From: the human T2T-CHM13v2.0 reference genome, Homo sapiens
Reading direction: 5' to 3' (one strand)
Assembly (NCBI RefSeq): GCF_009914755.1
Contig: NC_060947.1
Length of the DNA: 64,000 nucleotides
This document shows, piece by piece, positions 14,461 to 28,200 of this stretch. Every line of letters starts with the position of its first letter. Within the stretch, counting starts at the first letter, position 1. The translations under genes were made by a program, and so were the position numbers. The notes under the pieces are model-generated. The model had not been told where the DNA came from, did not search any database, and worked only from the letters and a program-made list of their open reading frames with translations.

Positions 14461-15245
14461 ACCTGTAACAGTAAAGAGAGGCTTAGCATGACTAAGCCTT
14501 AGCAGAACTGTAATATATTTGTTGTTTATAAGCCACTTAGTTGATAGTATTTTGTTATAGCAGCCTAAAAGAACTAATACAGACCTGTGGTTTTCCAAAT
14601 CCATCATCTCATCAGATTATCTAGGGAGATTCCTTGTTCCCACTCATGACCTACAAAATCAAGCCTCCATGGCTAGACACCAGAAGCCGATAGCTGTAAG
14701 AACACCTCCAAGAGATTCTTGTGCCTGGACCAGGCCCTAATCCATAGATGAGAGCTTGGGAGTCTCTACTAAGTAGCTAGATATGAGATCAACTTGTATC
14801 AGTATCTCTGATCCAAAGATACCTGGATCTATGCTTTTCACTGAAAGAGACCCACATGCTTTAGACTGAAGGCATACAGATATCTAAATATCTTCTTATA
14901 AAAATCAGTATTTAATGAAAGCAATGTCTTAGTAAGTTCAAATATATATATTTTATCTGCCTTTTTTCTTTTTTGGAACTTTAAAAATCATATAATTAAA
15001 AGAATAGTTTGAAGCTTGTAATATGGTATTAAAAAAAAGAACAAAGCTGAAACATAATTTGAAATTCAAAGATTTCTTCCTGTCTGCTTTGACTATGGTA
15101 GTATGGTAGTACTTTGAGTATGGTAGCATTCATATGGCATCTTCAGTTCTTCAAACAGCCATCGCCCAAGATCACTAGGGTCCTTGGGAGTTTAAGCAAG
15201 GTTGTCCAAATCCATTTCACCTTCTTTTTTCTTCATTAGTCTAAA

Positions 15246-15460
15246 GCAGGGGTTGGCAAACTTTGGCTTGCAGGTTGAAGCTGTCTGCCTGTCTTTGTAA
15301 ATACAGCTTTTTTGGCACATAGCCATGCCCATTCCTTCACATCTGATCTGTGGCTGCTTTCAGGCTACAGATGCAAGGTTGAGTCATTGAAACAAAGACC
15401 ACCCAGACCACAGAGCCCGAAGTATGTCTCTCTACAGGAAAAGTTAGCTACACCTTGGTC
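15246..15460. mobile_element. MER58A-like MITE
   Basis: caggggttggcaaact...tttgtaaatacagctttt...catagccatgcccattc. Confidence 0.75.
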
Positions 15461-15884
15461 TAAAGGCTTGGTTATCCTCTGCCTTTGCATAGGAGTCAGC
15501 GTGGATTTTGAGAAGTGGAAAACTGTCTTCCAGAAATCCTGCACTCAAGGGCATGTCCCCCTCCCCGTAAGAGTATTCAAGCTGATTGATGGATTTTAGT
15601 TATAGGAAAATGTGTCAAGTCCTATTCAGTATTATTTGATTCTGATTTAAGACTCTGTGGGGGAGATTTCCAGTTGCCCACTAAAGCCTTTTCTCACTCC
15701 TCTTCTGTGGAAACAGAGTAGGTGTTGTCTTCAAGGAGAGACTTAGCCAAAGGCTACATTTCCAAGCTGTCTTTGCAGCTGAATTTGGCCATGTGGACTC
15801 AGTCATCACTATGGGGAAGAGAGTGGAGATGATGGAAACAGCTTCTGCTATGCTAGGCCATGCACATGCTATGGTTGTACTCAC

Positions 15885-16026
15885 CTTCCCTTCCTGCAGC
15901 ACGGAAGATGGAAGTGCCCTGAGCTTATCAGACAGAAGATGAACAGCCTAGTGGATGAAGTTTCCCCGTAGCCCCAGGGAGCAGAACCTTAACTGTGATA
16001 AGAATGCTCAGCCTGGGATTAATGCA
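15885..16026 (-). other. Candidate 142-nt non-coding exon (possibly within an ancient LTR)
   Basis: Strong sites on the minus strand: catgttttctctctgcag|TGC...GGAAG|gtgagt. Stops in all three frames. Confidence 0.35.
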
Positions 16027-16564
16027 CTGCAGAGAGAAAACATGTGTTTTAACCCATGTATGATAGCATCTTTTTCATTCAGCAGATTAAACTTGGCCCT
16101 GTTCATCAGACACTATTCCAACCTCCTTCATGCAGTAGTGAGTCATGAACAGCAGCTTTTGAAAAAGTTGAGTACAACCAACCTGAAAGCAGACCTAGAT
16201 AGTGTGTGGGAGTGAGATGTACCAGACAAAGGGCACATATTCAGGTTTTACAAGTCCAGGCTCTCTCAGAATAGGATACAGAACACAGACCCATCCTGCA
16301 AGGAGCTAGGACTTGATGTCAGAGAAAGAAAGTGTCTCCAAGTTTGAGGAGTCCTGGAATAGAGATGAACAGTATTGTACTGTTGGTCATGCAGCTGAAG
16401 GCTCCCTGGAGGAGGAAGGAGACAGGACTAAAAAAAGGAAGTGTTTCTGGAGGATAAAACTGTGTGAGCAAAGAAAAGGCACAGTGGTTTAACCAGGCGT
16501 TGCTTGGGGTGCACACCTGCAAAAATCACAGAGCACAGGGTTCAAGGACCCACCATTCCTATGC

Positions 16565-16740
16565 ATAAATTTATTGCTCACAATTCTGGAGACTGGAAAG
16601 TTCAAGATCAAGATGTGGCAAATACAATGACTGGTGAGGCCCTGCTCCCTGGTTCATAGATGGTGACTTCTTGGTGTATCCTCACATGGTGGAAGGGGCA
16701 AGGGAGCTCTCTGGAGCCTCTTTTATAATCTCATTCATAA
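16565..16740 (-). mobile_element. MLT1A-like LTR fragment
   Basis: tttattgctcacaattctggagactgg...cctcacatggtggaagggg. Confidence 0.75.
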
Positions 16741-16963
16741 GAGCTGGCTGCAAAGCAAGGAAATATCCATTCAGTTCGCTTAACAGAGTAAGGATGGATA
16801 AATGTATGCATGTGGAACATTCCACCTCACACACCTGCCCAGTGCATAGATACTTCTGCCCTTTGCTTTGGGTAGAGTTTTCTCTCCCTAAATTTTGTTA
16901 GAATAAAAGATAATAAACTTTCATTTTTTTAATATATATTTACTTTCTGATTTTTTCTTTGAT

Positions 16964-17336
<373 letters not shown>

Positions 17337-17379
17337 TAAATAAATGTGTTTCAGGCCATGTTTTAAAATTCTACATTAC

Positions 17380-18480
17380 TTACCATGCCTCATGTTGAAT
17401 GTATACTACATAATTTGTCATTAAGGTTTTAATGTTTGAATTGCCTTTTTAATTTTTTTATTAACTGAAAATTTATTTTAGAAGTGTGTTCTTATTTGTC
17501 AAGTATTTATTTGCTTTGTCTTTTTATTTTTAGTTTCTAATTCAATTTCCATGTGGTCAAAGTGGCCTAATATGTCAATACTTTGAAATTATTTGATATT
17601 TTGTAAGCCACCAATGTGCAATTTTTATAAATGTTTTGTGTGTCCTTGAAAACAACGTGAATTCTCTTTGTTTGTCCGGATAAAACTATCTTATCATTCA
17701 CATTTCCTATAACCTTAGTATTTTTTGTTCTGCTTGATCAATCATTTTCTGAGAGTATTATATTAAAAGTACAACCTACAATTTTAAAAGTTTCCCTTAA
17801 TTCTGTTACTTTTTCACTTTTTTTCTTTTTGAAGTTATGGGTCAAATGGACAAAGCTTCTTAATTGTTTTAGATTTTCCTAGACGGTTCCTTTTATGTTA
17901 AGTAATGGTCTGTCTTTGTTTTTAAATACTGCTGTATTTGTATTGATTTTCTCTTATGCCTTTTTCTGGTTTTTATTTTTCTGCTTTCCTGATTTCTGTT
18001 GGGTTGATTGCTTTCTACAGTAGGTTTAAGATTTCCTTTGTTGATTCAGAAGCTACAGATTTAATACACCTGTTCTTTTTTTGCTATTAGCATCTTTCTT
18101 GCATATAAGAAAAATGCCTTGGTGTGATTTTATCATACCAGTGTGCATGCTACCCAATCTCTCTCAATAATGTTAACTAGAATTGAATCACACCTTTTCA
18201 TTCAGTGTTTTCTTTCTTCCTTAACTGCTAGTTAATTAAATTTGCCAAGAGGCTTATATTTTCCCTCTTCCTGGCTGTTTAAGGCATCCCACATTTTCTC
18301 CTTGAGTCTACATTTCTCCTTCAGAATCACCATCTCTAGCATGTTAGCAAAGCCAACTTGAGTTGCTCACACTTCCTGGTCAGCCAGGACAATGATCCTG
18401 TGTGTGAGGTAGTTTTGTCCTGTTCATTTTCTCTTTCTGATTTCATGTTACTATTCCCATGTGTTTTGATCTAAGGAAGA
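17380..18480 (-). mobile_element. Degraded old L1M fragments
   Basis: T-rich antisense-L1-like phrases (ttctaattcaatt..tgtggtca; aatttttataaatgttt..tgtgtccttgaaaac). Confidence 0.45.
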
Positions 18481-19724
18481 GCCTAAAGGAAAAGCGAACT
18501 ATTTTGACTGGAAGCTTCTTACTAAAATATCACACATTTTCATTTTAGAGAAATTAGAATATAAAAATAAACCAAAAGAAAACAAACCTAACATGCTCTT
18601 AATACCCTCACCCAGAAATAATTACTGTCCACAGTTTTATATACATCATTCCAAATCATTTTCTCTGCCTACGTTTGCAAATACACCTTACAAAATATGT
18701 TTCAAATACTGCTTTTCCCTCTGAATATCATAAACACTTTTCCAAGTCAATATATCATTTCTATATCATAATTTATTACATGAATATAGCAGAATCAATT
18801 TTGTCAATCCACTATGGTTGGGCATATAAATTGTTTCTCATCCTTCATTTTTATAAGTGATACTTATATCGCTTACAAATCCTAGGGCCTATATTTTTTA
18901 GACAAACCATGAAAAATTCCTTAAAGTGGAATTTCTACAAATGGAATTACTGAGTCAAAGAGATCAATATATTTATGTCTTACTTAGATTATTAGTGACT
19001 CTCTCCTTTTACCCTTGGAATAACTATGTGCTGCTCTGTAAATGATTTGGATTGAAGAAATTAGCATCTGCATTAGATAACATGCATTTAATATATATTA
19101 TATTTTGGATCTACAAAACTTACTAATTTGTGGAAAGACTCTGTGGAAAACCCTAGAAATATTCATAAAGAAAACATTGTTTAAAATGTTTTAAATGTTG
19201 AAGAACCTTTTTTGGGGAGATACTCCAAGTCCTAATTTCACCATAATCTAGGCATGGTAATAGTAATCTTTTTGCAAGCATAACAAAAGATTAGTGAGAT
19301 AGTTATCCTTAAAATCTCTTGTACAAAAGATGGATTTTTCTTTCAAAAGAGCATTGTTTTTCATCTTACCCACTCCAGTCTTCCATCAAAAACTTTTTTG
19401 GAAATATTTTGTCTAAAAAATACATAAAATACCTCTATTCATCTACTCTATCACAAAGTTATTTCAAGTTTTAGATTCCCAATGTGCAGCACGTCACTCT
19501 AACTTCAAAGAAAAAATACTTCAAAAAGCAATGGGCACCCCTTCTTCCAAATTCTCTCACTTGGGAGACTGAAAACATTCCTAGTGTTGTTAGTTTTACT
19601 TTGTCCCCCTGTCTCCAATTTGTATAGAAATATTATACAAATGAAGAGTTTTAAAATGTTTCTCAAGATCTGTGCCCCCCCAACTGCCACTGGCATATAG
19701 CTTTAAATATAAAATCACAGTTAC

Positions 19725-19980
<256 letters not shown>

Positions 19981-21961
19981 TTATATAGAGAAGAAAAATC
20001 ACAGTTACATAGACACAGAACATAGAAAAGAAAGGGCCAACAAGCTAAAGTGAGTTAAACAGGAAGATGGACACACTGTTTTCTTGTTTTCTTGCATCTG
20101 CTTTGGTGATTAATTTCCCTTGTCCACATACAGAATCATGGACCTAGACCCTTTGACAAGGATGAAATAGATTCGCCCTGGGAAGTGCTTCATTTCCTTT
20201 TCGCGACGCAGTCTGTGAAGAACTTGGTATTTTGACAAGGACTCTCCATGGTGTCTCTAAAGAGCCTTGTAGAACATCATGCACATCTTATTTTTAGTGT
20301 GTTTAAAAGTCAGTCAGTTCGGGTGAATCCTCGAATTTATTCAAATTGCATGCAATGGCCCTGCAGGAACAATGGTGGCCGTCTAGAAATAGGCACGCTG
20401 GACCTGGAGCACCGCTCAGAAAAGCTTCTAGGCAAAATTGTCTGTTTATGTGTCTCCTACAATATTTCCCTTCCACCTCCTTGGCAGTGACTGATTTTTG
20501 TAAGACTAAACACAAGCACATCTCATGCTCACATTATTATGGTACCGAAAGAATCAACAGTGATAAGGTACTAAATGAAATAGAGCCCAATTCTTTACTT
20601 TGTGCTCTCACGTCGATATAAAGTGAACCACCCTCTACAATTTGTTAACAATCTAGAAGGAATCTTTTTTTTTCTTGTTCTAATCTGAAAGTAATGGTAT
20701 ATTCAAAAATTGTTAACATACTACTAAGCACATGGAACATGATTCCATAAAGCATGTTGGTGTTCAATTTCCATGTATAGCAACATAAGCTCCCAGTATC
20801 ACATTTTTAAAAAATGTCATTCAAACAAACCCCTTTAACTATATTGAGACTCTGTTTTCAGCGAATGTAGAGAATTAGCCTTTGTATCTCTGCATTGCCA
20901 TTTCTAAATAGTTCTTTTTGAAGGGCTGCTTTGAATAGCTACTCATTTTCCCATAGACGTTTTTCTAAAAACTGCCTTTATGTGTTTCACTCACAAATAC
21001 ATGGTTTGTTTTCAGTCATTATATAAACAGAGTAATTATATATTTTCATTGCTATTTTGCCTCCAGTTTTCCCATATTTTCAAAAAAAGTGTATGGATTT
21101 CTCCTTAGACACAATATATTTTGAACGAATTTATGAATTCACAAATGTCCATCCCCTTGTCCTCACACATACTCCTGCTTAGAGGGATGCCTCAGTATCT
21201 CTGGTCTCACTTATACAACCTTGGAGAAAGGAGAGAAGGAGAAACAAAGAGAGGGGAGAGAAGGAGAAAGACTGAAAGGAAGGCAAAAAGAAAGTGCCTC
21301 TGTCTACTTACAAGCAAATACAGTTATGTGGACCTTGTATATAGACCTGTGATTATATGCCATGTCCCACCCACTTCTCCATGTGTCAGTCTTGCCTACT
21401 AAATAGATTTCAAGGTCTTGAAAACAGAGTACATTTCTTATATGTTTTGTTTACCCTACCTAAAAACTAAAAAAGATACTAAAGTGTTTGAGTATTTCAA
21501 CTTATCCATTTAAATATAAAGTATCTAAAATCTTCTAATATGGATAATTCAAATTCTGATACTTTGTCCACAATAGCATCTGTTCAATAATGACTGCCCT
21601 AGGTGTTATAATATGTGATCTCACTTAATGGTATAAACTAATATTAGAATATTAATATCAGAACAGAAGGAGTCTCTGGGGCAGCAAATATGATTGTCAT
21701 TGTATAGAGAAGGAAACCGTAGCACAGAAAGTTTAAGTAACTCAGCCAAAGTCATCCAGCAAGTGGCTGTTAGGGTAGGATTTTAATCCATTTTAACTTG
21801 AAACCAAAGCACTGTTTTGCTCTATTCCCAGTGTCTATCCTTCCTTCAAGTCACCAAACTGGTTATTGTTTTTAACAGGCTTCCCCGCACACATACACAT
21901 GTACTGTTATCTCCTTCATGTCAATGCATTTCTACCCAGTCACCCACCAACTCATGCTTTT

Positions 21962-21964
<3 letters not shown>

Positions 21965-22020
<56 letters not shown>
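21965..22020. repeat. (AC)28 microsatellite
   Basis: Uninterrupted dinucleotide run. Confidence 0.97.
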
Positions 22021-22023
<3 letters not shown>

Positions 22024-22852
22024 GGGGAACTGGTAAATTTGGGGACTCAAGTCTTGCCTATCAAACAGTCCATGTCATGATTGTGTAAGTTGTGCTGAGC
22101 CTGATTATGCTACACACTGTGTCGTGCCTCCCCAAACCATTCATTCTACCTTTTTCCTTCCTTTCTTTTCTTGCATCCCCAGTTTTTTTTTTTTTGCAAT
22201 TATGAGTAGTCATCAGAACCAATCTATCCAATAAGATGTAATAAATGAGTAAATAAAAATTAATGGGTTGATTCTCTAGCTTATTAAGTTTACTAAGAGA
22301 ATCAGACTCAGCATGTTTCCCTCGTCTTTACTCCTTTGCCCTTTTCTTCTTCCTTTGAATACGGATGTGATGCCTGGAAGTGCAGCAGCTATCATGGGAC
22401 CGTAAGGTCAATAGCCACATGGTAAAGGTGGCAGAGCAGGAAGATAAGGTGAAGCTTGTGTTGTTGATGCCATTCTGGGGTGACTAAACTAACCCTGAAA
22501 ATCCATAAACCTTTTCACTAATTCAGCTAGTATTTTGACTTGATTTTGATGTCTTTCCTTCCTAGAAGCTTGTCTACATTGAAATAACTGTAACATGTGG
22601 GTTCCATTTAATGGTCAGCATTAATGTTATCTATTGTTCTCTTCCAATGTGAACTGAAAAGCATTTAGTAAAACAAGGTTTCAATTAATAAAATTATCGT
22701 TTCTATATCTATGCAGATGTTCCTGTATTTGATGTGTGTATCTATGCAGGGAAAAAAAAGAAACAATATCCAGGGTACATCAGAAAGGAAATGTGACATT
22801 TCATTGTTTTTATGTTTATGGAAGACCTGCCTTAAAAATACCTTAAAAGTTC

Positions 22853-23157
<305 letters not shown>

Positions 23158-24297
23158 TTAAATACTTTAAAAGTTTGTTTGCAGGAGGCAAACAAAACTA
23201 AAATTTTTCTTCTTGCATTCTGACTTTGATTTTAAATGTAAAACTTCATACATCTTGTGGTTAAACATGCTAGTTGAAGACGTCAAGTCAGAAAACAAGA
23301 GAAATTGTTGAAAAAATTATCTAAATATAAAATAGGGCCGACACATGATGAAACAAGCTTTGTGGATTTATGAGTTATAATTCTTATTTATTCAAAGCTA
23401 ATGCATTGTTACTTCAGATGTAATGCATAATGCCTTTGTAATTATCATTTAAATGAGTGGCTAAATGTGAATTATTACAAAATAGAACTTAATGACCTTC
23501 CTCTTAAAGAACTCTTGAATAGGGTTACTTTGCAATTATAAAAAGTCACTTGAGCCACTTGCTGTTTGACCACTCTAACGCATTGCTGAAATTGCACCAA
23601 AGAAAGGCCAAATCACATCAAACAAAGAAAGGTCCGTGAGAACATAAAGAGATAATGTGGCGATGGGTAATTTGGACGTCATGGGGCAAACAAAGAAACG
23701 CCAAACCAGAGTCCTTCCTCCTTTGAGCCAGTACATGCGTTCATAATGAATGATTGCTAAAGGAAAAGTCACAGCTCTTCAGCAAAGACATGTGCCATCT
23801 CACCTCTAGCCAACATCAAATCTAAACCTTGCCTCCATAACATTTCCTGCTTTTTAATAAGCCTAAAAGGGACATATTAATTATGTATGATGCCTGAGAT
23901 ACCAGATCTTATTAATCTGCTCTTGACTCTTCTTTGATTTCCCACGCTTCCACACACAGCTCTTTGGATATAGGCAGTCAACAAATGCATATTCAGTGGG
24001 AAATTTCAACATCTAAAATAAGAGTATTAGAAATATTGTGATCCTTTATTGTTCAAAGGAAGTCATTAAGCCTCGAATGACATCAGCATTTGTAAACCAG
24101 TCTCAGAGAAACGAAATTCAATGTCCCCCAGTTCCATGGGCATTCACTGAACCCCTACTATGTGTAAGCTGATCCTCATTGCAGTATGCAAGTGAAAATC
24201 ATCTATCATGAGCTTTTCTTTGAAATACAAAAAAAAAAACATAATTTATACCATCACGGCCTTCACAAATCTCCTGCCTCTACAGGCTTAACCTGCT

Positions 24298-24658
24298 AAT
24301 GTCTGTTCTGGCTGCTATAAAAAGAAACCACAGACAGGGTGACTGGGTACCCATCACAGAACTTTATTGCTTACAGTTCTGGAGGCTAGGAAGTCCAAGA
24401 TCAAAGTGCTGGCAGATTCAGTGTCTAGTGAGGTCTGTTTCCTGGTTCACAGACAGCCATCTTTTCACTGTAACCTCACGTAGTGGAAGTGGGATCTCTT
24501 TGAGATCTCTTTCATAAAGGTGAAAATGTCCATTCATGAGGGCTCTGCCCTCATGACTCAATCACCTGCCAAAGGCCCCACCTCGTAGTATCATCACTTT
24601 GGGGATCAGGATTTCAATATGTAAATTTGGGGAGCAGAAATATTCAGTCAATCCTACA
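24298..24658 (-). mobile_element. MLT1A-like solo LTR
   Basis: Same motif order as 1471-1832. Confidence 0.85.
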
Positions 24659-25458
24659 ATGTAAATCTTTACACAAGGATACATTTATCATTCAAATTCA
24701 GAAACAAAATGATACTTCTACTTAATTCTGTTGGTTTGCCACCTGTTTGATCTACGTTCATGTCTCCATTAATTCTGCAACACAGAATTAGGAGAGAACA
24801 ACTTTCGACCCCTAGTGAAAATCTACAAGAGGAGGCTCATAAAAATAGAGGCTCCTCTTTTTTGCTTTAGATATGTTTAATACAAAGAGGGATAAAGAGA
24901 GTCTGAAAAGTTTTGTGGAATTCAGACCTTCTCCCAAATACAGTCTTCAAAGAGTTTGAAATATTTATCATATACATTGTACTCTTTTCTTTTTTCAAAT
25001 GCAAATATACGGCCAGGCTTAAATAGGGTGGACTGACCACCAACATCCATTTTTTCATCTTCTCAAAATTGAACTAGAATGACAATGAATTAAGAAAAAC
25101 ATAAATAAATTTACCAAGAAAAACCCACAGTGAATATTTCAACAGGTATTCAAAAGATGAAAAGCCCTGGAGGGCTGTTATTTGGCATCATAGTTCCAAA
25201 CTCTAAGCGCTTGCCAAGTGGAGCACTGAAGGGAAAGAAGTCAATTTATCCTGTCAACCCTGAAAAGCCTCTGGACTTTGAGGTTCAAAGCTGTAAAAGG
25301 CTGAGAATGAGACACAGGTTGAAAACAGGAGAACGACTTGAGAATCCATAAAAAAGCACAAAGACCCGTAGGTTTCTGATCCAACCCTAACTTCAGAAAG
25401 TAGGTGGCCAAAACTGTGATTGTACTGAGGGGATGCTGAATATTTGAAAGAATGTCTG

Positions 25459-25627
25459 GACCAGCTGGGCCAACAGGGTGAAACCCCATCTCTACTAAAA
25501 ATACAAAAGTTAGCCGGGCGTGGGAGGCTGAGGCAGGAGAATCGCTTGAACCCAGGAGGCAGAGGTTGCAGTGAGCCAAGATTGAGCCATTGCACTCCAG
25601 CCTGGGTGACAGAGCAAGACTCCATCT

Positions 25628-25667
<40 letters not shown>
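25459..25667 (+). mobile_element. 5'-truncated, internally deleted Alu with a 39-nt pure A run
   Basis: TSD aaagaatgtctgga; right-arm segment missing between gggcgt and gggaggctgag. Confidence 0.92.
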
Positions 25668-25669
<2 letters not shown>

Positions 25670-26015
25670 ATGTCTGGAAACCAATGGATCGTGCTTGCAT
25701 TGAATAAAACAGGAAACAGGATAGTCATGTGATTTAGATGTATTAAGATGAATCCCAGAGAGAGCTGAGTATAACCTCCCTCTGCAGAACACCATGGCCA
25801 TGGCTCAGGAGGCTGCTTGGGGCAAGGTTTACCTCTCCTAGAATCAATGGGGCAAGGGGCTTTAGAAGTTACCATCTCCTGGAAAGAAAAGACTCCACCC
25901 CCTTGCTATCAATAATCGCATCCTTTCAAGCAGTCTTCCCCTTGGAACCTTCAGCTCTAATATTACCATATCCCTCATCTCTGCTTCTGTGAGTCACTCT
26001 GAAAAGTCCAGAGCC

Positions 26016-26069
26016 CTTGGTCATTGGTCATCACCTAGGTTCTTGGTCATTGGTCATCACCTAGGTTCT
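26016..26069. repeat. Perfect 26-bp tandem duplication
   Basis: cttggtcattggtcatcacctaggtt x2. Confidence 0.95.
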
Positions 26070-26203
26070 AGTCCCATTGTACACTGCATTTTCTGATCCT
26101 CATCTCTCACTCTTCATCTCTTGATATCCTTGGTCTGAGCTTTCTGAAATTTTAGGTCCATCTCATGCAAAATACCTTTCATCCTCAACTCTTCTGTGCA
26201 TTC

Positions 26204-26654
26204 TGTGGAAGGAAAATTATCTTGGGCCCCCAAAATCTCTAAGCTAAAGGAAAATTCAAGCTAGGAACTGCTCAGGGCAAATTTCCCTCCCAGTCTGTTC
26301 AAAGTCATCCCTCTGCTCACTGAGGTAGATGCATATTTTGATTGCCTCCTTTGGAAAGGCTTATCAGAAACATAAAAGAATGCAACCTTTTGTCTCTCAC
26401 CTACCTGTGACTTGGAAGCCCCCCTCTCTGCTTCAAGTTGTCCCCACCTTTCTGGACAAAACCAGTGTACTTCTTACATAAATTGATTGATGTCTCATGT
26501 CTCCTTAAAATGTATAAAACCAAACTGTGCCCCGACCACCTTGGGCACACGTCGTCAGGACTTCCTGAGGCTGTGTCATGGACTCACATCTTCAACCTTG
26601 ACAAAATAAACTTTCTAAATTAACTAAGACCTGTCTCAAATTTTGGGGTTCACA
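26204..26654 (+). mobile_element. ERV1 solo LTR (MER4A-like)
   Basis: TG..CA ends; ccgaccaccttgggcac; aataaa; 4-bp TSD attc. Confidence 0.88.
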
Positions 26655-26872
26655 ATTCCTCTAACATTCCTCCTCTGTTTAAAACCAGCTCTATCCTTAG
26701 GACACAGCTTCCCCTGCAGCCCCCTAAGTAGTGATCACTCTCTTATATACCCCATGGACCACTGGGCCTGAGAGTGGGGTGAGTGTCCTCCTTGTTCCTC
26801 AGTAGCATATCTCTCCCACCTCCTGAATAAGTCCTTGGCTTGAGTCACGGGTCATCAGAATATACCATTCAT

Positions 26873-27178
26873 GGCCAGGCACTGTGGCTCACACCTGTAA
26901 TCTCAGCACTTTGGGAGGCGAGGTGGGAGGATCACTTGAGCTCAGGAGTTCAGGACCGGCCTGGACAACATGTGAGACCCTATTTCTACAAAAAATCAAG
27001 AAATTACCCAGGCATGGTGGCACAAACCCCTGGCCCCAGCTACTCAGGAGGCTGAGGCAGGAGGGTCACTTGAGACCTTGGAGGTTGAGGCTGCAGGGAG
27101 CCACGATCATGCCACTGCACTCCAGCCTAGGCAACAGAGCAGGACCCTGTCTCAAAAAACAAAAAAAAGAAAAAAAAT
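26873..27178 (+). mobile_element. AluJ-like
   Basis: Dimeric Alu; diverged TSD atacca(t/c)tca. Confidence 0.92.
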
Positions 27179-27754
27179 ACCACTCACAACTCTCATTGTT
27201 GTTGGTGTCTTTTGACACTCAACAACTCCCTGTTATTCTAATTCACTCACTCCTTAAAAACTATGGCATTCTTAACTCTCATGCATGTATAATTAGATGA
27301 CTTGTTAATGACTGATGATGTCTCAGTTCTGTGACCTCTGTACCTCAATGGTCTTGTCCTACACACATCTTGGCCACTCTCTCCCATGGCCATACCCTAG
27401 ACCTCACAATTATCAATTTCTTCTCTTCTTCATAAAGTCAGTTTCAAATATCCCATCCTAGATAACTCCCTCCTAATTTTTCTACCCTCTCTGCCGACTA
27501 CTCCAAAGTTAACAATCATTTACCCAAAGAGAACCCTCCCTCCATTGGCCCTATCACCTTTCACTGTTTCCCATGGCTCCCATGAACTATTTTTCTTCCT
27601 TCTCTTCCTTCAATTGTGTGTTTCCTGACCTATGCCCTCAATTCTCTTTCCTCTTCCCTACTTCCCCGGGCTCATCTGTCAAACCAAACACTTAAATTGT
27701 ACTGTTCACCTACTCCATGTTTGAAGTGGCTCAGATGAATATGGTTGGAAAAAA

Positions 27755-28200
27755 ACAAATAAGCCAGGCACAGAAAGACAAACATCACATATTCTCACTT
27801 ATTTGTGGGATCTAAAAGTCAAAACAATTGAACTCATGGACACAGAGAGTAGAAGGATGGATACCAGAAGCTGGGAAGAGTAGGGGGATGCTGGGGGGCA
27901 AGTGGGGATGGTTAATAGCTACAAAAAAATAGAAAAAATGAATAAGACCTACTATGTGATAACACAGTAGAATAACTATAATGAATAATAACTGGACTAT
28001 ACATTTTAAAATAACTTAAAGAGTGTAATTGGATTGTTTGTAACTCAGAGGATAAATGCTTGAGCAGATGGACACCCCATTCTCCATGATGTGCTTATTT
28101 CACATTTCATGCCTGTATAAAAACATCTCATGTACAACATATATGCATCCACTATATACCCACAAAAATTTTTTAAATTAAAAAATAAATAGATATTTAA
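27755..28200 (+). mobile_element. L1MA-like 3' fragment
   Basis: aataagccaggcacagaaagacaaa...gaataagacctact...catgcctgtat. Confidence 0.85.

Noticed and set aside
25241-25801. 186-aa and 148-aa ORFs with poly-Phe
   Set aside because: Translations of the antisense Alu and its A-tail; the same applies to the other LECSG/SASRVAG-type ORFs.
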